Below are positions 1 through 10,876 of a stretch of DNA of 64,000 nucleotides, piece by piece. Within the stretch, counting starts at the first letter, position 1; each line of letters opens with the position of its first letter. This DNA is from Pseudomonadota bacterium (GTDB taxonomy: Bacteria; Bdellovibrionota; Bdellovibrionia; Bdellovibrionales; Bdellovibrionaceae), in assembly GCA_041178425.1 (NCBI GenBank), contig JBEGVH010000029.1, positions 1-64,000 of the forward strand. Direction: 5' to 3'. The notes below the pieces were generated by a model. That model was given only the letters and a program-made list of their open reading frames with translations. It did no database searches and was not told where the DNA came from. The position numbers were made by a program, and so were the translations under genes.

Positions 1-120
1 CTCAAAGTACATGTCTTTGAAATGGTTGGCCTGGAGATAGAACTCTTTGTTGTGGCAACGCCAGTAAAGATGAACTTTGCCATTGAGGGGATAGAGCTGT
101 TGGGAGCGATTGATTCTCAT
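1..120 (-). mobile_element. 5' end of a probable REP-associated tyrosine transposase (RAYT / Y1_Tnp, IS200-like); runs off the window edge
   Basis: Manual translation from the ATG at 120: MRINRSQQLYPLNGKVHLYWRCHNKEFYLQANHFKDMYFE. H-x-x-x-R-x-H-N-K resembles the RAYT N-terminal 'H-(V/I)-x-x-R-(G/C)-x-N-(R/K)' strand. The HUH motif and catalytic Tyr would lie outside the window. Confidence 0.55.
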
Positions 121-200
121 GGGGAAGGTGCAGAAGCAAACTGCGTGACAAGGCGAGAATCAATCTATGGGCAGATAGCGTCCGGGGGATGTGCGGAGAT

Positions 201-260
201 GGACGGAGATCGGACTCCGTCCCCGTTCGATGATTGCTAGTCCCCGTTCGATGATTGCTA
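201..260. repeat. Hairpin (GGACGGAG-atcgga-CTCCGTCC, 201-222) overlapping two exact 21-bp tandem copies of GTCCCCGTTCGATGATTGCTA (219-239, 240-260)
   Basis: Read directly from the sequence; lies between the rel stop and the putative transposase start. Confidence 0.9.
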
Positions 261-261
261 T

Positions 262-2472
262 CTACTGTTGTTTCATTCTCTCCACGGAGAGAATGCCTTT
301 GATCTTTTGCAGGTCATACATAGCAGCCTGAAGCTGCTTGGCATCTCGCACACTCAGATCGAATATACAAATAGCCGTTTTATCTTTGGTAGTACGGATG
401 TTCGCATTATTGATATTAATACCCTGAACAGCAAACGCTTCACTCATCAACTTTAACAAACCAGGCGTGTCTTGGGAGGTGATCTCTAAACGAACGGAAC
501 GCTCCACATTGCCATCACTCACCTTATTCCAACGAACTTCAATTCGCCGCTCTTGGTCCATCGCGAACGCCCGCCCACAATCGGCCCGATGCACGGTAAT
601 TCCGCGACCGCGGGAGATAAATCCATTAATGGGATCTCCAGGAATCGGGTGACAGCAACGACCAAAATGCACAAGAACGTCTTCCATTCCTTCTACGATA
701 ACCAAACTGTTTGATTTGTTCTTTTTGGCCGCGTTTTTAAAAACCATATCCAAAAAACTTTGGTCGTTTTTAACAGGCTCCACGGCCACTTTAACATTAG
801 GAGCCACTCGATCAACGAGATGTTTCGGCTCTAATTTACCGTAACCAACCTTCACGCATAAATCATCAAAGTCTTTGACACCAAAGTCTTTGAGGTATTT
901 TTCATACTCCTCAGTTTTAAAAAAACGAGAGGCGTTGAGCCCATATTTACGAAATTCTTTTTCAATCAACTCCCGGCCCAAAACCTGAGACAGACGTCGT
1001 TGTTCCTCTTTAACAAAGGCACGAATTTTACTCTTGGCTCTTGTCGTAACACAAATCTTAAGCCAATCTTTTGAAGGCTGCTGCGTCTTTGACGTGAGCA
1101 CCTCCACCGTATCCCCATTTTGAAGAGCGTGTTTTAATGGAACAATCTTGCCATTAACTCGCGCTCCGATACACGTATGACCAACTTTAGTGTGAATCGC
1201 GTAAGCAAAATCAATCGGACTAGCTCCTTCGGGCAACTCTTTCACTTCTCCCTTGGGAGTAAAAACATATATCTCCGAATCAAATAGATCGGTTTTAACT
1301 TGTTCAAGAAATTCGTTGGAACTGCCAACTTGCTGATGCATCGAAACCAGATCACGCAACCAATCAAATTGCTCACTGATTTGACCAGCATTTTTTTGCT
1401 CTTTGTATTTCCAGTGAGCCGCGATCCCTTTTTCGGCAACCAAGTTCATATCATGAGTTCTAATTTGAATTTCGATGCGTTCGCCGCCAGGGCCAATAAC
1501 AGTGGTGTGCAAACTCTGATAGTGATTGGCCTTCGGCATCGCAATAAAATCTTTAAAGCGACCTGGAATCGGCTTCCACAGGGAATGCACATGACCAAGC
1601 ACTCCGTAACATTCACCCACCGAATCAACCAACACGCGAAAGGCGAGAATATCATGGATCTGTTCAAAATCCGTATTACGATGAACCATTTTTCGGTAGA
1701 TCGACCATAAATGTTTCGATCGACCCAATACCTCGAATTTAAAACCCGACGCGTGCAACTCTGTCGATAAAACTTTTTTTACATCTTCAATGTAATGATG
1801 CCGCTCTTTTTCTTGTTTTTGGATCTTTTGTGCAACTTCATAGTATTTATCGGGACGACTATAACGAAAACTAAGATCTTCAAGCTCAATTTTTAAACTC
1901 GAAATACCCATTCGTCCAGCCAATGGAGCATAGATATCAAGAGTCTCTTGGGCAATCAGAGCTTGCTTTTCATAAGGCATATGATTGAGCGTCCGCATGT
2001 TATGCAACCGATCGGCGAGCTTTACTAAAAGTACGCGAACATCTTTGCCCATCGCTACAATCATTTTACGAATGTTCTCGCCTTGTTTTTCGTGAGTGTT
2101 GCGAAAACTCATTTTCGAAATTTTTGTCACTCCATCGACGAGCGAAGTGACTGGTTCACCGAATTCGTTTTTTATGTCTTCGAGCGAGACCTTTGTGTCT
2201 TCAACCACATCATGAAGAAGTCCTGTGGCCACAGAAGCCAAATCAAGTTTTAGATCAGCAAGAATTCCTGCAACAGCTAAAGGGTGAAAGAAATAAGGTT
2301 CACCTGAACGACGAATTTGCCCTGTATGAGCCTTTTCAGCAAGACGATAAGCTTTCTCTATGATTTGAACATCACCATTCGGATAGTAAATGCGGACACG
2401 CTCGAGCAAATCTTCAAGCGTTTTGAGGGGCTTGCCACCCACGATTTCGTCAAAAAGTGATTCGGAGATCAT
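262..2472 (-). CDS. relA/spoT: Bifunctional (p)ppGpp synthetase/hydrolase (long RSH: HD, synthetase, TGS, ACT)
   Basis: AHTGQIRRSGEPY, LLHDVVED (intact HD), KLADRLHNMRTL, RFKD, YQSLHT, EIQIRT, TGS DFAYAIHT; downstream of rpoZ. Confidence 0.97.
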   Translation of the reverse strand: MISESLFDEIVGGKPLKTLEDLLERVRIYYPNGDVQIIEKAYRLAEKAHTGQIRRSGEPYFFHPLAVAGILADLKLDLASVATGLLHDVVEDTKVSLEDIKNEFGEPVTSLVDGVTKISKMSFRNTHEKQGENIRKMIVAMGKDVRVLLVKLADRLHNMRTLNHMPYEKQALIAQETLDIYAPLAGRMGISSLKIELEDLSFRYSRPDKYYEVAQKIQKQEKERHHYIEDVKKVLSTELHASGFKFEVLGRSKHLWSIYRKMVHRNTDFEQIHDILAFRVLVDSVGECYGVLGHVHSLWKPIPGRFKDFIAMPKANHYQSLHTTVIGPGGERIEIQIRTHDMNLVAEKGIAAHWKYKEQKNAGQISEQFDWLRDLVSMHQQVGSSNEFLEQVKTDLFDSEIYVFTPKGEVKELPEGASPIDFAYAIHTKVGHTCIGARVNGKIVPLKHALQNGDTVEVLTSKTQQPSKDWLKICVTTRAKSKIRAFVKEEQRRLSQVLGRELIEKEFRKYGLNASRFFKTEEYEKYLKDFGVKDFDDLCVKVGYGKLEPKHLVDRVAPNVKVAVEPVKNDQSFLDMVFKNAAKKNKSNSLVIVEGMEDVLVHFGRCCHPIPGDPINGFISRGRGITVHRADCGRAFAMDQERRIEVRWNKVSDGNVERSVRLEITSQDTPGLLKLMSEAFAVQGININNANIRTTKDKTAICIFDLSVRDAKQLQAAMYDLQKIKGILSVERMKQQ

Positions 2473-2629
2473 CCCCGGTGGCCTTTCTTCTCATCGAGAA
2501 AAAACGTCGAAAAGATCATACGAGTACCTATCGGTAATCATAGACCTTTTCCTTAGTAACGATGAGTCAAATTAACACTTTTCGATTTAAGTCGAGGTCT
2601 CTTGAAAAAAAGACCTAACTAAATAATAT

Positions 2630-2869
2630 TTATCGATTCAATTCTCTCTGAATTTGATCTTCTGGAGTTCCATATTCGGTGTCATATTCAAATTTTACGT
2701 TTCCAGCAGCGACTTCACGAAGAGCCCCAACAACAAATTTATTGTTTCTCATCCCAAGAGTCATTTCTGAACCCTTCATGAGTTGTTTAGCTCGTCGAGC
2801 GACAAGTAAAACGAGAGAAAATCTGTTGGGAACTTGCTCAAGACAATCTTCAACTGTTACACGCGCCAT
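2630..2869 (-). CDS. rpoZ: RNA polymerase omega subunit
   Basis: [32 protein letters not shown] before the ATG at 2869; gmk-rpoZ-rel synteny. Confidence 0.97.
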   Translation of the reverse strand: MARVTVEDCLEQVPNRFSLVLLVARRAKQLMKGSEMTLGMRNNKFVVGALREVAAGNVKFEYDTEYGTPEDQIQRELNR

Positions 2870-2899
2870 GGATCCTCCGACGATAGGCAAAATGAAATC

Positions 2900-3466
2900 T
2901 TACCTAAGTCCAAGTAATTCTTCAATTATTTTTTTAAACAAAAGATAGGATGTTTCAAAATCATCATTGACCACTTGAAAATCGAATCGGGGTGCTTCCG
3001 CCATCTCTAAGCTCGCGTTTTTCATACGGACTTCTAAATCGGCAGGGGCCACTTTATCGCGTTTAAGAATACGGTTTTGGAGCTCTTCAAGGGACGGCGG
3101 AAGGATAAAAATAGTCTTTAACCCCTCAGGCATTTTCGATTGGAACGTCCTCACGCCCTGCACGTCTAGATCCATAATAACAACTTTGCCCATTTTCCAG
3201 GCATTATCTAGCGATTCTTGAGAGGTTCCGTAAAAGTTCGTATGAACCTTAGCCCATTCAATAAAAAAACCCTCGTTGATTCTCTTTTGAAACTCTTCGG
3301 CGGAGATAAAATGGTAAGGATGCCCCTGCACCTCATGATGCCGCATAGACCTGGTTGTAAAAGTAATCACGTCCTCCAACTGGGGGACTTCTTTGATTAC
3401 ACGATCAACCAAACTGCTTTTCCCTGCTCCACTGGGAGCAGCGACTAGAATCATGCGTGTCTTCAT
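2900..3466 (-). CDS. gmk: Guanylate kinase
   Basis: APSGAGKSS P-loop, TTR, FIEWAKVHTNFYGT, DLDVQG. Confidence 0.97.
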   Translation of the reverse strand: MKTRMILVAAPSGAGKSSLVDRVIKEVPQLEDVITFTTRSMRHHEVQGHPYHFISAEEFQKRINEGFFIEWAKVHTNFYGTSQESLDNAWKMGKVVIMDLDVQGVRTFQSKMPEGLKTIFILPPSLEELQNRILKRDKVAPADLEVRMKNASLEMAEAPRFDFQVVNDDFETSYLLFKKIIEELLGLR

Positions 3467-4350
3467 TCGATATTTTGCACCTGTTCGCGAAGTTTCTCTA
3501 TCTCAGTTTTAGCGGTCACTACCAAATGAGTCAATTGAGCCATGGGTGATTTGGACCCGATGGTATTAACCTCGCGCAAAAGCTCCTGGGTATAAAAGTC
3601 GAGTTTTTTTCCTTGAGTGGCCGAAGATAACAATAACTTTCGGTAGTGTTGAAGATGCTCCTTTAAGCGCCCCATCTCTTCGGTAATATCTGACTTGTCC
3701 CAGAGAAGCGCGAGTTCCTGTTGCAATCTTTGGGTGTCCATTTCGATATCTGCCCAGCGAGCCTTCAGACGGGCTTCCATTTTTTCTTTTAACTGACGGT
3801 TGATCTCCTCGCGAATCCCATTCATATCGGCAACCACCGACTGAAGGCGATCAAGGATACCAAGGAGTTCATTTTTAAGAGCTTCACCTTCGCGTAATCG
3901 TTCATTGGTGCAAGCTATACAGGCCTCTTGAACCAAACGACGTAGTTCATTAGCGTCGGTTTCGATGCTCACGGCCTCCTCTTCAAAACCTACCACTTCT
4001 GGAAGTTGAAGAAGAGTTTTTAAATCGAGCGCATCAGCAAAGCCTGCCTTTCCTTTCAAACGATCCGCCGCCGACATCCATGCCTCTGCCATTTCTTCAT
4101 GAAGGAATAGTTTTAGGTTGGATTTTTCGCCGCGACTTTTTCGGGAGATAAAAACATCAACCGAACCCCTTTGAAAATTGGCGCTGAGAGACTTCTTCAC
4201 ATCAGACTCAATCCCACCAAGCTCGCGCGGGAGATGAACGCGCGTTTCAAGAAAACGTCCGTTTACAGAACGAATATTGACCTCGAGATAACTCGATGGT
4301 GTTACGCCTTTTGCCGATCCAAAACCTGTCATACTTTTTATGTTTGTCAT
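3463..4350 (-). CDS. yicC: YicC/YloC family endoribonuclease
   Basis: IKSMTGFG, IRSVNGRFLE, DITEE..RL..H, GKKLDFYTQELLREVNTIGSK, EKLREQVQNIE; ATGA overlap with gmk. Confidence 0.95.
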   Translation of the reverse strand: MTNIKSMTGFGSAKGVTPSSYLEVNIRSVNGRFLETRVHLPRELGGIESDVKKSLSANFQRGSVDVFISRKSRGEKSNLKLFLHEEMAEAWMSAADRLKGKAGFADALDLKTLLQLPEVVGFEEEAVSIETDANELRRLVQEACIACTNERLREGEALKNELLGILDRLQSVVADMNGIREEINRQLKEKMEARLKARWADIEMDTQRLQQELALLWDKSDITEEMGRLKEHLQHYRKLLLSSATQGKKLDFYTQELLREVNTIGSKSPMAQLTHLVVTAKTEIEKLREQVQNIE

Positions 4351-4510
4351 GCCCTGAGGGTTTAAGGGGAGATCTAAAAACAAGCAACAAAATTATAAGA
4401 AAACTTTATCGAATCGATAGAAATAACTTGAGTTCTAAGAGGCACAGAACTTGAAGAAGCAATGAGAGGTAAAGAAATTTTGTTTTGGTTTGTACCCAGG
4501 AAGAGGGCCC

Positions 4511-7500
4511 ATGAATCGATTTATCCGGCTTTTAGTATCATTTTCGCTGATGAATTCCTCCCTGACCCACGGGATGCCCTCCCCAGGTTCCATCCCTCCG
4601 ACAAATCCGAGCGCAATTGGGGCCACCGATGCCGAAAATGGGCCCAATGCCAATTCTTTTGCCATAGGGCTCGAGACAGCATTGAAGTCGGGCCAGCGCC
4701 CGGCAGACCCCTTTCATTTGGTCGACCAAGAACTAACCATCCAAGGACAGAAAATTCCGCTCTACACTTTGGGCGAATCGCCATCGCTCCCCCGCTTTGA
4801 TCAGATGGAATACCTGATTGAGAAAGAAGGCTTCTCAGTTATTGGAAAATTCAAGGGCAAAGAGGTCATTCGCCATACATTCAAAGGCCTTGGAATCCAC
4901 TCCTATCAGGCTGATGCAGAAATTTTATTTGCTGCCACTCGCGATGGCCAACTCCATGCCATCGACATGGTCTATTTGCAAAAAAATATCTTTCGAGGTC
5001 CAATCCCCGTTTATAAAAATCTTATTTCGAGCGAGGATTTTCGCCAGCCCATGAGACTCAATTTTTGGACTCGGGGATTACCTCCCCGCCTCTTCGAAAA
5101 CATAGAGGATTCGGCACAAAGTCTCTTTCCACACAATCGCGACGGCAAACTGACTTTTCAGGCGGGGGACCTGGTTTTTCACCGCGGACCCGAAAATCAA
5201 TCGAAGGCATTTGCGGTTCTTTCGCGAGAGGTTTTAACGAGGCACGTTCGAGAAAAGGTAGAAGAACTCACTCTTCGTGCCTCTCTCACGTCCTCCGACG
5301 TGTTTGCTTCGATGGACCCGTCAGCACTCACCGCTATCGAAGCACGAATAGACATGGAGATCACCGCTGACGATCTCTCACAAATGGCCCTGCGCTCAAT
5401 TCCAAGTCAGAGCATAAACAAACTCCTTGCGCAAGCACAGCGACTCACCGACACGACACAACCGTACGACCGAGCAACACTTTCTGATTGGAAAACGAGC
5501 TACGAGCTTATGAGAACCCAAGCAGAAAAAAACAAAAAGAATTTAGACGGCGGAGACGACCTTAGTGGTGGGTGGCAAGAACTTCTGGCCGCTGCAATGA
5601 AAAACAATCAAAACTTCACAAAGAAACCTGGTTTTTTTAAAAAATACGCGTTTTCGCTCGCTCTTCTCACGGGAGCGGTAACGGCGGGTGGTTTTTCACA
5701 TGTTTACGAAGCTCAGCCGGTTATGCTGGCTCTTGATTATCTTTACGCTAATGCAGTCCCGCCCATTCTTAAGGTGGCTGAGTACCGCTACCCTCTGCTC
5801 TCAAGCGTAGTTTCTTTGATGTCGATTATTCCTCTGGTGCAAACCGTTGCATGGATGGCGCCCTCGTCTATGAAAACAATCGCATTGGGCCTTCAAGGCG
5901 TCTCCACAAAACTCTCCACTAAAATGTACGCACTCGCGGCGCAGTGGCAATCCCTCGATCTTTGGCAAAGAATAGTTACTTCGGGAGCTCGAGTTTACAG
6001 CCTTATTAGTGTTGCAGCCTGGAACCACTTGGGAAGTATTTTACGGCAACCCCAATTATTTAGAACACTCAAAATGGGACTCAATCCCTTCATGAATATT
6101 CCCAAGACGAGTGAATTAGGTGAAACCCTCAAGCTTGAAAAAGATCTTTCGCTCGGGGTTAATAATCCTTTTTTAAAAAAGGAAAAACTAAATCAAACAA
6201 GCATTAAACAACAACAAGCAATCCAGTATCTCACACAAGAAAATCTAAGAGCCCGTCATCTCGCGTTTCAACTAGTCGCACTCACTCTTTATCAAAACCA
6301 AGACATCGACCCAGCCACCTTGGCAATGTTTCTTCAGGAGTCAAAGACATCAGAAAACATCGATGCGAGCCTGCTCAAAGATCTCACTCCCGAGAAACAA
6401 AAAGAATGGCTCGCCCTCACTGAAGTGATTGCCAATGATTGGGTTCAAACGGTGCGGTCAGAAGGACGACTCTTTGCCAATCTACCGGCCGATGAATTTC
6501 TCGCAATGTATCAAACGGCGAAAGAGAAAGTAGACCGCTATAAAAATTCTTCGATCTTAAAAAAACGACTCACAGTTTTCAAAGACCGCACAAATCGTTT
6601 ACTTAAAAAAATGAAGCAAGATGCTCTTCTCCTTGGCGTCTCTGACGGTCAACTCTTGAGAACAGTTTACGCCAATAAATTTGTTGCCGACCAGGTTAAG
6701 AAAACATTTGTGAGCGATCATATTCTTGTTGTTGGACTTCCTGCTTTTTGGGGTGATCGCGCCAATCCCGACAAGGCCATTATTCCCGCGGGCAATGCCG
6801 ACGGCACCGATAGAAACCTCCTTACCTTTAAACCCGAAGGAGGCTCCATAGCCGACTTTTGGACAAATCCCGAGCATATGATGGATGTATGGCTCAACGT
6901 TTCTGCTCACTTTTTTGGTGGAGGAGCCCGCACGATTCTTCTTTACCAGGGAGAACCACCGGTCCAAGAAACTAACTATAAACCAGCCGAGCATTTTCTC
7001 CTTCAACAAAATCATGAACAGGAGTCAGCATTAAAGGGATCCACCGAGTGGGTGAAGAACACATTAGACACTCGAAAGTCTGCCCTCGGAGATTACTACA
7101 TGAAATCTCTTGTTCGCCAAATACGAACCGTTCAAGCAGGGCTCTTATTGAGCCTTACCTTCCGATTTATCGCAACCGATCCAACGCTCGACCACGCACT
7201 CATGGGTTGGTATTTATTTTTTGTTGCGGGAACATGGAGCTATGCTTGGCCTTGGACCATCATCGGACAAGGCAATAATCTGGAAGAGCAAAGACTCTCT
7301 GAAAAGGCCGATCGCCTCCTCGAACTACAAACAAAACTTTCACAAAGTTTACGCTTGGCAGATGAATCCGCAATAAGTGAATCGGCAGAACAACTTCGCG
7401 CTCTCTATGAGTCATCTCCAAAACGCGAACAACTCCTTTTGAAAGCTATTGGCGAAACTCCTCAATCATCGGATTCAGCAGGCTATCAAAAGTGGTCAGC

Positions 7501-7837
7501 CCGCCTACTTGAGTATTCGCAACAGACGCCACCTTATGCCACTCGTCCCAATCCTTTACCGAGCTGGATCTCTACCTGGGCTGGCGCCTTGAGCACCACC
7601 TTTTTAGCGATTCCCTTGGGAATTCTCAGTCTCGATCCTCATTATATGACTGTTCCTAACCTGGCGATCGAAACCGCCAAGGCGGGTGGTCTGTACGCAG
7701 GAGCCTATTTATTGATTGGCAAGGAAGGCCTTTGGTCACAGGCACTCAATAAAATGGATTGGCTAAAAGCCACGATTAAAGAAAAACGGGCTCAGATTAA
7801 AAACGGCGTTTTGATGTGTCGCCAATTCCGGTACTAA
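4511..7837 (+). CDS. Large hypothetical exported/membrane protein (~1108 aa)
   Basis: Long ORF; N-terminal signal-like segment [21 protein letters not shown]; several hydrophobic helices in the middle and C-terminal parts; no family recognised. Confidence 0.8.
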   Translation: MNRFIRLLVSFSLMNSSLTHGMPSPGSIPPTNPSAIGATDAENGPNANSFAIGLETALKSGQRPADPFHLVDQELTIQGQKIPLYTLGESPSLPRFDQMEYLIEKEGFSVIGKFKGKEVIRHTFKGLGIHSYQADAEILFAATRDGQLHAIDMVYLQKNIFRGPIPVYKNLISSEDFRQPMRLNFWTRGLPPRLFENIEDSAQSLFPHNRDGKLTFQAGDLVFHRGPENQSKAFAVLSREVLTRHVREKVEELTLRASLTSSDVFASMDPSALTAIEARIDMEITADDLSQMALRSIPSQSINKLLAQAQRLTDTTQPYDRATLSDWKTSYELMRTQAEKNKKNLDGGDDLSGGWQELLAAAMKNNQNFTKKPGFFKKYAFSLALLTGAVTAGGFSHVYEAQPVMLALDYLYANAVPPILKVAEYRYPLLSSVVSLMSIIPLVQTVAWMAPSSMKTIALGLQGVSTKLSTKMYALAAQWQSLDLWQRIVTSGARVYSLISVAAWNHLGSILRQPQLFRTLKMGLNPFMNIPKTSELGETLKLEKDLSLGVNNPFLKKEKLNQTSIKQQQAIQYLTQENLRARHLAFQLVALTLYQNQDIDPATLAMFLQESKTSENIDASLLKDLTPEKQKEWLALTEVIANDWVQTVRSEGRLFANLPADEFLAMYQTAKEKVDRYKNSSILKKRLTVFKDRTNRLLKKMKQDALLLGVSDGQLLRTVYANKFVADQVKKTFVSDHILVVGLPAFWGDRANPDKAIIPAGNADGTDRNLLTFKPEGGSIADFWTNPEHMMDVWLNVSAHFFGGGARTILLYQGEPPVQETNYKPAEHFLLQQNHEQESALKGSTEWVKNTLDTRKSALGDYYMKSLVRQIRTVQAGLLLSLTFRFIATDPTLDHALMGWYLFFVAGTWSYAWPWTIIGQGNNLEEQRLSEKADRLLELQTKLSQSLRLADESAISESAEQLRALYESSPKREQLLLKAIGETPQSSDSAGYQKWSARLLEYSQQTPPYATRPNPLPSWISTWAGALSTTFLAIPLGILSLDPHYMTVPNLAIETAKAGGLYAGAYLLIGKEGLWSQALNKMDWLKATIKEKRAQIKNGVLMCRQFRY

Positions 7838-9467
7838 CAACGGAGGAGTCCCATCTTTTAATTGGGCGCTCCTCTCCTGAATTTTTTTCGATAGACAGAG
7901 GAATAGTAAACTCGAAGACACTCCCCTTACCTAGTTGACTATCAACAAATATCTGACCTCCGTGGGCCTCGACAAGCATTTTTGCTATTGGGAGACCAAG
8001 GCCTGTTCCTTTTAGCGAGGCATGACTGGCCATCCAATAGAGATCAAAGACGTTAGGCAAATCTTCTTTTTTTATCCCAGGCCCAGTGTCTGCAATAATA
8101 AAACGAAGAAACAAACCGTCTTGAGCCACTCGAATCTCAATTTTACCTTTTTCGGGCGTATAATTAATCGCATTCCCGACCAGATTCCAGAGCACTTGTG
8201 TGAGTCTCATGGGATCGGCTAACATTCTCAAATCACGATTCGCAACTTCAACACTAAGACTTTGCTTTTTCACCAAAATCTTTGGTGACAGATCTTCCAC
8301 AATTGAATCGATCACATCACCGACGGCCACCAATTGCTTATCCAAAAGAAACACTCCCCTTTTGACTTTATTAAAATCAAGGAGATCTGAAATCATTCGC
8401 GCCATTATATGTGACGCCTTTATAACTTTATTAGTAATTTTTTTAACATCCTCATTATTGGCCTCATGTTTAAGTAACCTTTGCATAGAAAGATCGATAA
8501 TGGCCAATGGATTGCGTAAATCATGAGACACAAAAGCCAACAGAGTCTCTCGTTCTTTAATCGCTTGTAGCGATTCTCGATACAGCATGGCGTTCTCAAT
8601 GGAAAGTGCAAAACGGTGTGCGACAACTTCAAGAAAGCCTAGATCATTTTGAAAAAAGGAGCGACCTTTCGATGAAAACCCGAGGGTTAACACCCCAATC
8701 GATCGACCTCCGGCCTGGAGAGGGAGACGGATGATCGTTTGGAGATCCAGCAAGCGAACCATTTGGATGTCAATCTCGAAAACGTCTTCACCGAGCGGAC
8801 TATCCGCTCTGATGACTTGGATTTTTTTTAATCGATGTTCTTGAACCAAGGGCTTTCCAATCAAACACTCGCTTTCTTTTTTTATGAGATCTTGCAAAAG
8901 CCCTCGTTTGTCGTTTTCACCAGCAGCAAAAGCTTTTTTAACAAGTCGTTCACCCTCAAAGAGACTGACGATACAAACGGCGCTAATTTTTGGAACGACA
9001 GCGCTCACAATTCGATTTAACCGTTCATCAAAATCAGTAACTTCAGTGATCACACGTCCTGTGTTTGCCAAGAACATTTGCTGCTCTAAATAGCGACGAC
9101 GCTCGCTGATATCACGAATGGTGGCGAGAATCTGTAGTCCCGTATCTGTTGAGATGGGGCTTAAACCAATATCAATAGGAAACTCTGTGCCTTCTTTTTT
9201 TCTCCCCCATAATTCTAATCCCGGGCCCATCGTTTTCTTATGGGCACTCAAGACATAGTCATGACGATGAATACTATGAATAGCCCTAAAGCCCTCGGGA
9301 ATGAGGATCTCCACAAATTGATTTAAAAGTTTCTCGCGGGCATAACCAAATTTTTCGCAAAGTTTTTGGTTAACGAGAATAATTCGGCCCTCCGCATTTG
9401 CCACTAACATGGAGTCTACGGAGTCCTCGAAGAGCGCCCGTATTAGAAAATCATCCAACATGCCCAT
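7797..9467 (-). CDS. PAS-GAF sensor histidine kinase
   Basis: N-terminal PAS, GAF-like middle, H-box [10 protein letters not shown]-box [28 protein letters not shown]. Confidence 0.93.
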   Translation of the reverse strand: MGMLDDFLIRALFEDSVDSMLVANAEGRIILVNQKLCEKFGYAREKLLNQFVEILIPEGFRAIHSIHRHDYVLSAHKKTMGPGLELWGRKKEGTEFPIDIGLSPISTDTGLQILATIRDISERRRYLEQQMFLANTGRVITEVTDFDERLNRIVSAVVPKISAVCIVSLFEGERLVKKAFAAGENDKRGLLQDLIKKESECLIGKPLVQEHRLKKIQVIRADSPLGEDVFEIDIQMVRLLDLQTIIRLPLQAGGRSIGVLTLGFSSKGRSFFQNDLGFLEVVAHRFALSIENAMLYRESLQAIKERETLLAFVSHDLRNPLAIIDLSMQRLLKHEANNEDVKKITNKVIKASHIMARMISDLLDFNKVKRGVFLLDKQLVAVGDVIDSIVEDLSPKILVKKQSLSVEVANRDLRMLADPMRLTQVLWNLVGNAINYTPEKGKIEIRVAQDGLFLRFIIADTGPGIKKEDLPNVFDLYWMASHASLKGTGLGLPIAKMLVEAHGGQIFVDSQLGKGSVFEFTIPLSIEKNSGEERPIKRWDSSVVSTGIGDTSKRRF

Positions 9468-9546
9468 CCTTTTTTTGATGGGCTATCATCTCACAAAAGC
9501 AGGGTGTTTTAATGATAATACTGATTTGTTACGAAAAACTAACAAG

Positions 9547-9579
9547 AAAAAGGAGGCGCCCGATCGGCGCCTCCCAAAA
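9547..9579 (-). terminator. Intrinsic terminator after the DUF3011-like gene
   Basis: GGAGGCGCC-cgatc-GGCGCCTCC stem (9552-9574) followed by a T-run on the minus strand. Confidence 0.75.
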
Positions 9580-9607
9580 CATCTTCGTCTGTCTAAAAGC
9601 CACGAGT

Positions 9608-10159
9608 CTAATAACCCTTAACCACTCGGAAGGTAGCTTTGCAGCCTCTTGAAACCCAAACTTGATTGTAGTCAAATCCCCAGGTGTAACCATAGTCACA
9701 ACGTTCATAAGACCGCTGCTGTATCATCTGTACATTAAGAATCCTCCCCATGCCTCCGATAAAGCACTGTGCGGTTCCATGATGATAGCTATCACAATAC
9801 ACAGTATACACCGACGTTGCTGGTGGCGGGCGATGGCCCCCCGGAGGACGATGCTCACCAGGAGGAGGATAATGCGGTGGACGGTGACCATCGCTCGGCG
9901 GAGGTGGTGGCGGACGGTGACCACCAGGAGGGGGATAGTTTGGCGGATGACGATCTCGACCACCGTGATCTCTCCCGCCTCCGTGATGCCCTCCTCCATC
10001 ATCATGGCGGCCTTCGAAATCTCTCTCGATGCTCGAATTGACCACGAATTCCTCAGACGCCTCAGCATCCTCTCTCAGAGAGTCCTCTGACTGAGCTATT
10101 CCCAACGAACTGATCATCAGAATTGAACTTGTTATTACCAATTTTTTTAGAAGTGTCAT
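9608..10159 (-). CDS. Secreted Pro/Gly/His-rich protein with a C-terminal DUF3011-like domain
   Basis: Signal peptide; HRPP/YPPP repeats; C-terminus C-x-S...C...QRS..RC.YG.TWG....VWVSRGCKATF. Confidence 0.75.
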   Translation of the reverse strand: MTLLKKLVITSSILMISSLGIAQSEDSLREDAEASEEFVVNSSIERDFEGRHDDGGGHHGGGRDHGGRDRHPPNYPPPGGHRPPPPPPSDGHRPPHYPPPGEHRPPGGHRPPPATSVYTVYCDSYHHGTAQCFIGGMGRILNVQMIQQRSYERCDYGYTWGFDYNQVWVSRGCKATFRVVKGY

Positions 10160-10261
10160 TTGTCCCCCTTTTGTTTCCGAAAGGAGACTAATGCATGTTC
10201 AGGGCCAGACTTTTCGGAGGCAAAATGACACCTGTCGAAAAAACAAATGCGAGAATCTTAT

Positions 10262-10873
10262 CTACTCTTTACCCTCAGTGTTAAGCAGACGATGAAATTG
10301 TTGTAGTTGCTGAGAGAAACTATCGTCTTCGCGTAAAACAAAGGTTGCTAAATGTTTAGTTGGTTCAACAAACAAATCATGCATCGGTTTTACCTGTTTG
10401 TAGAACTGGTTCTCGACACCTTCTTTTGTTCGTCCTCGTTCTTCTATATCCCTCTTGAGACGACGCGAAAAACGGAGTGATTCTGACGTCTCGACAAACA
10501 CGGTTTCATCAAAAAGTTTACGAACAAAAGGCATACAAAGAATAAGAATACCGTCAACCAAAACAAAAGGCTTCGGTTCAACAGAAATTGTTTGCGGGAT
10601 TCGTTTATGTGTTTTGAAGTCGTAAATTGGAACTTGAATCGATTGACGATCGCGCAGAGCCCGCAAATGAACTTCAATGAGATTAAAATCAATAGCGTCC
10701 GGATGATCAAAATTCACGGATCCGCCGTCGAAATCAAATTTCGCCGACTGATCGATATAATAATTATCTTGATAAATGATAGCACAGCTATCGGGCCCAA
10801 GAGATTCTTGCAGGGCACGAACAAAATAGGTTTTTCCAGATCCCGAACCACCCGCCACACCAATTAACTTCAC
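10262..10873 (-). CDS. udk: Uridine kinase
   Basis: IGVAGGSGSGKT, QDNYY, NFDHPDAID, RRLKRDIEERGR, VKPMH. Confidence 0.95.
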   Translation of the reverse strand: MKLIGVAGGSGSGKTYFVRALQESLGPDSCAIIYQDNYYIDQSAKFDFDGGSVNFDHPDAIDFNLIEVHLRALRDRQSIQVPIYDFKTHKRIPQTISVEPKPFVLVDGILILCMPFVRKLFDETVFVETSESLRFSRRLKRDIEERGRTKEGVENQFYKQVKPMHDLFVEPTKHLATFVLREDDSFSQQLQQFHRLLNTEGKE

Positions 10874-10876
10874 GGC

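Noticed and set aside
22..240. 72-aa plus-strand ORF
   Set aside because: No recognisable motif; it overlaps the more plausible minus-strand transposase start and the repeats.
219..260. Direct repeats as a CRISPR array
   Set aside because: Only two copies, directly abutting with no spacer, and no cas genes.
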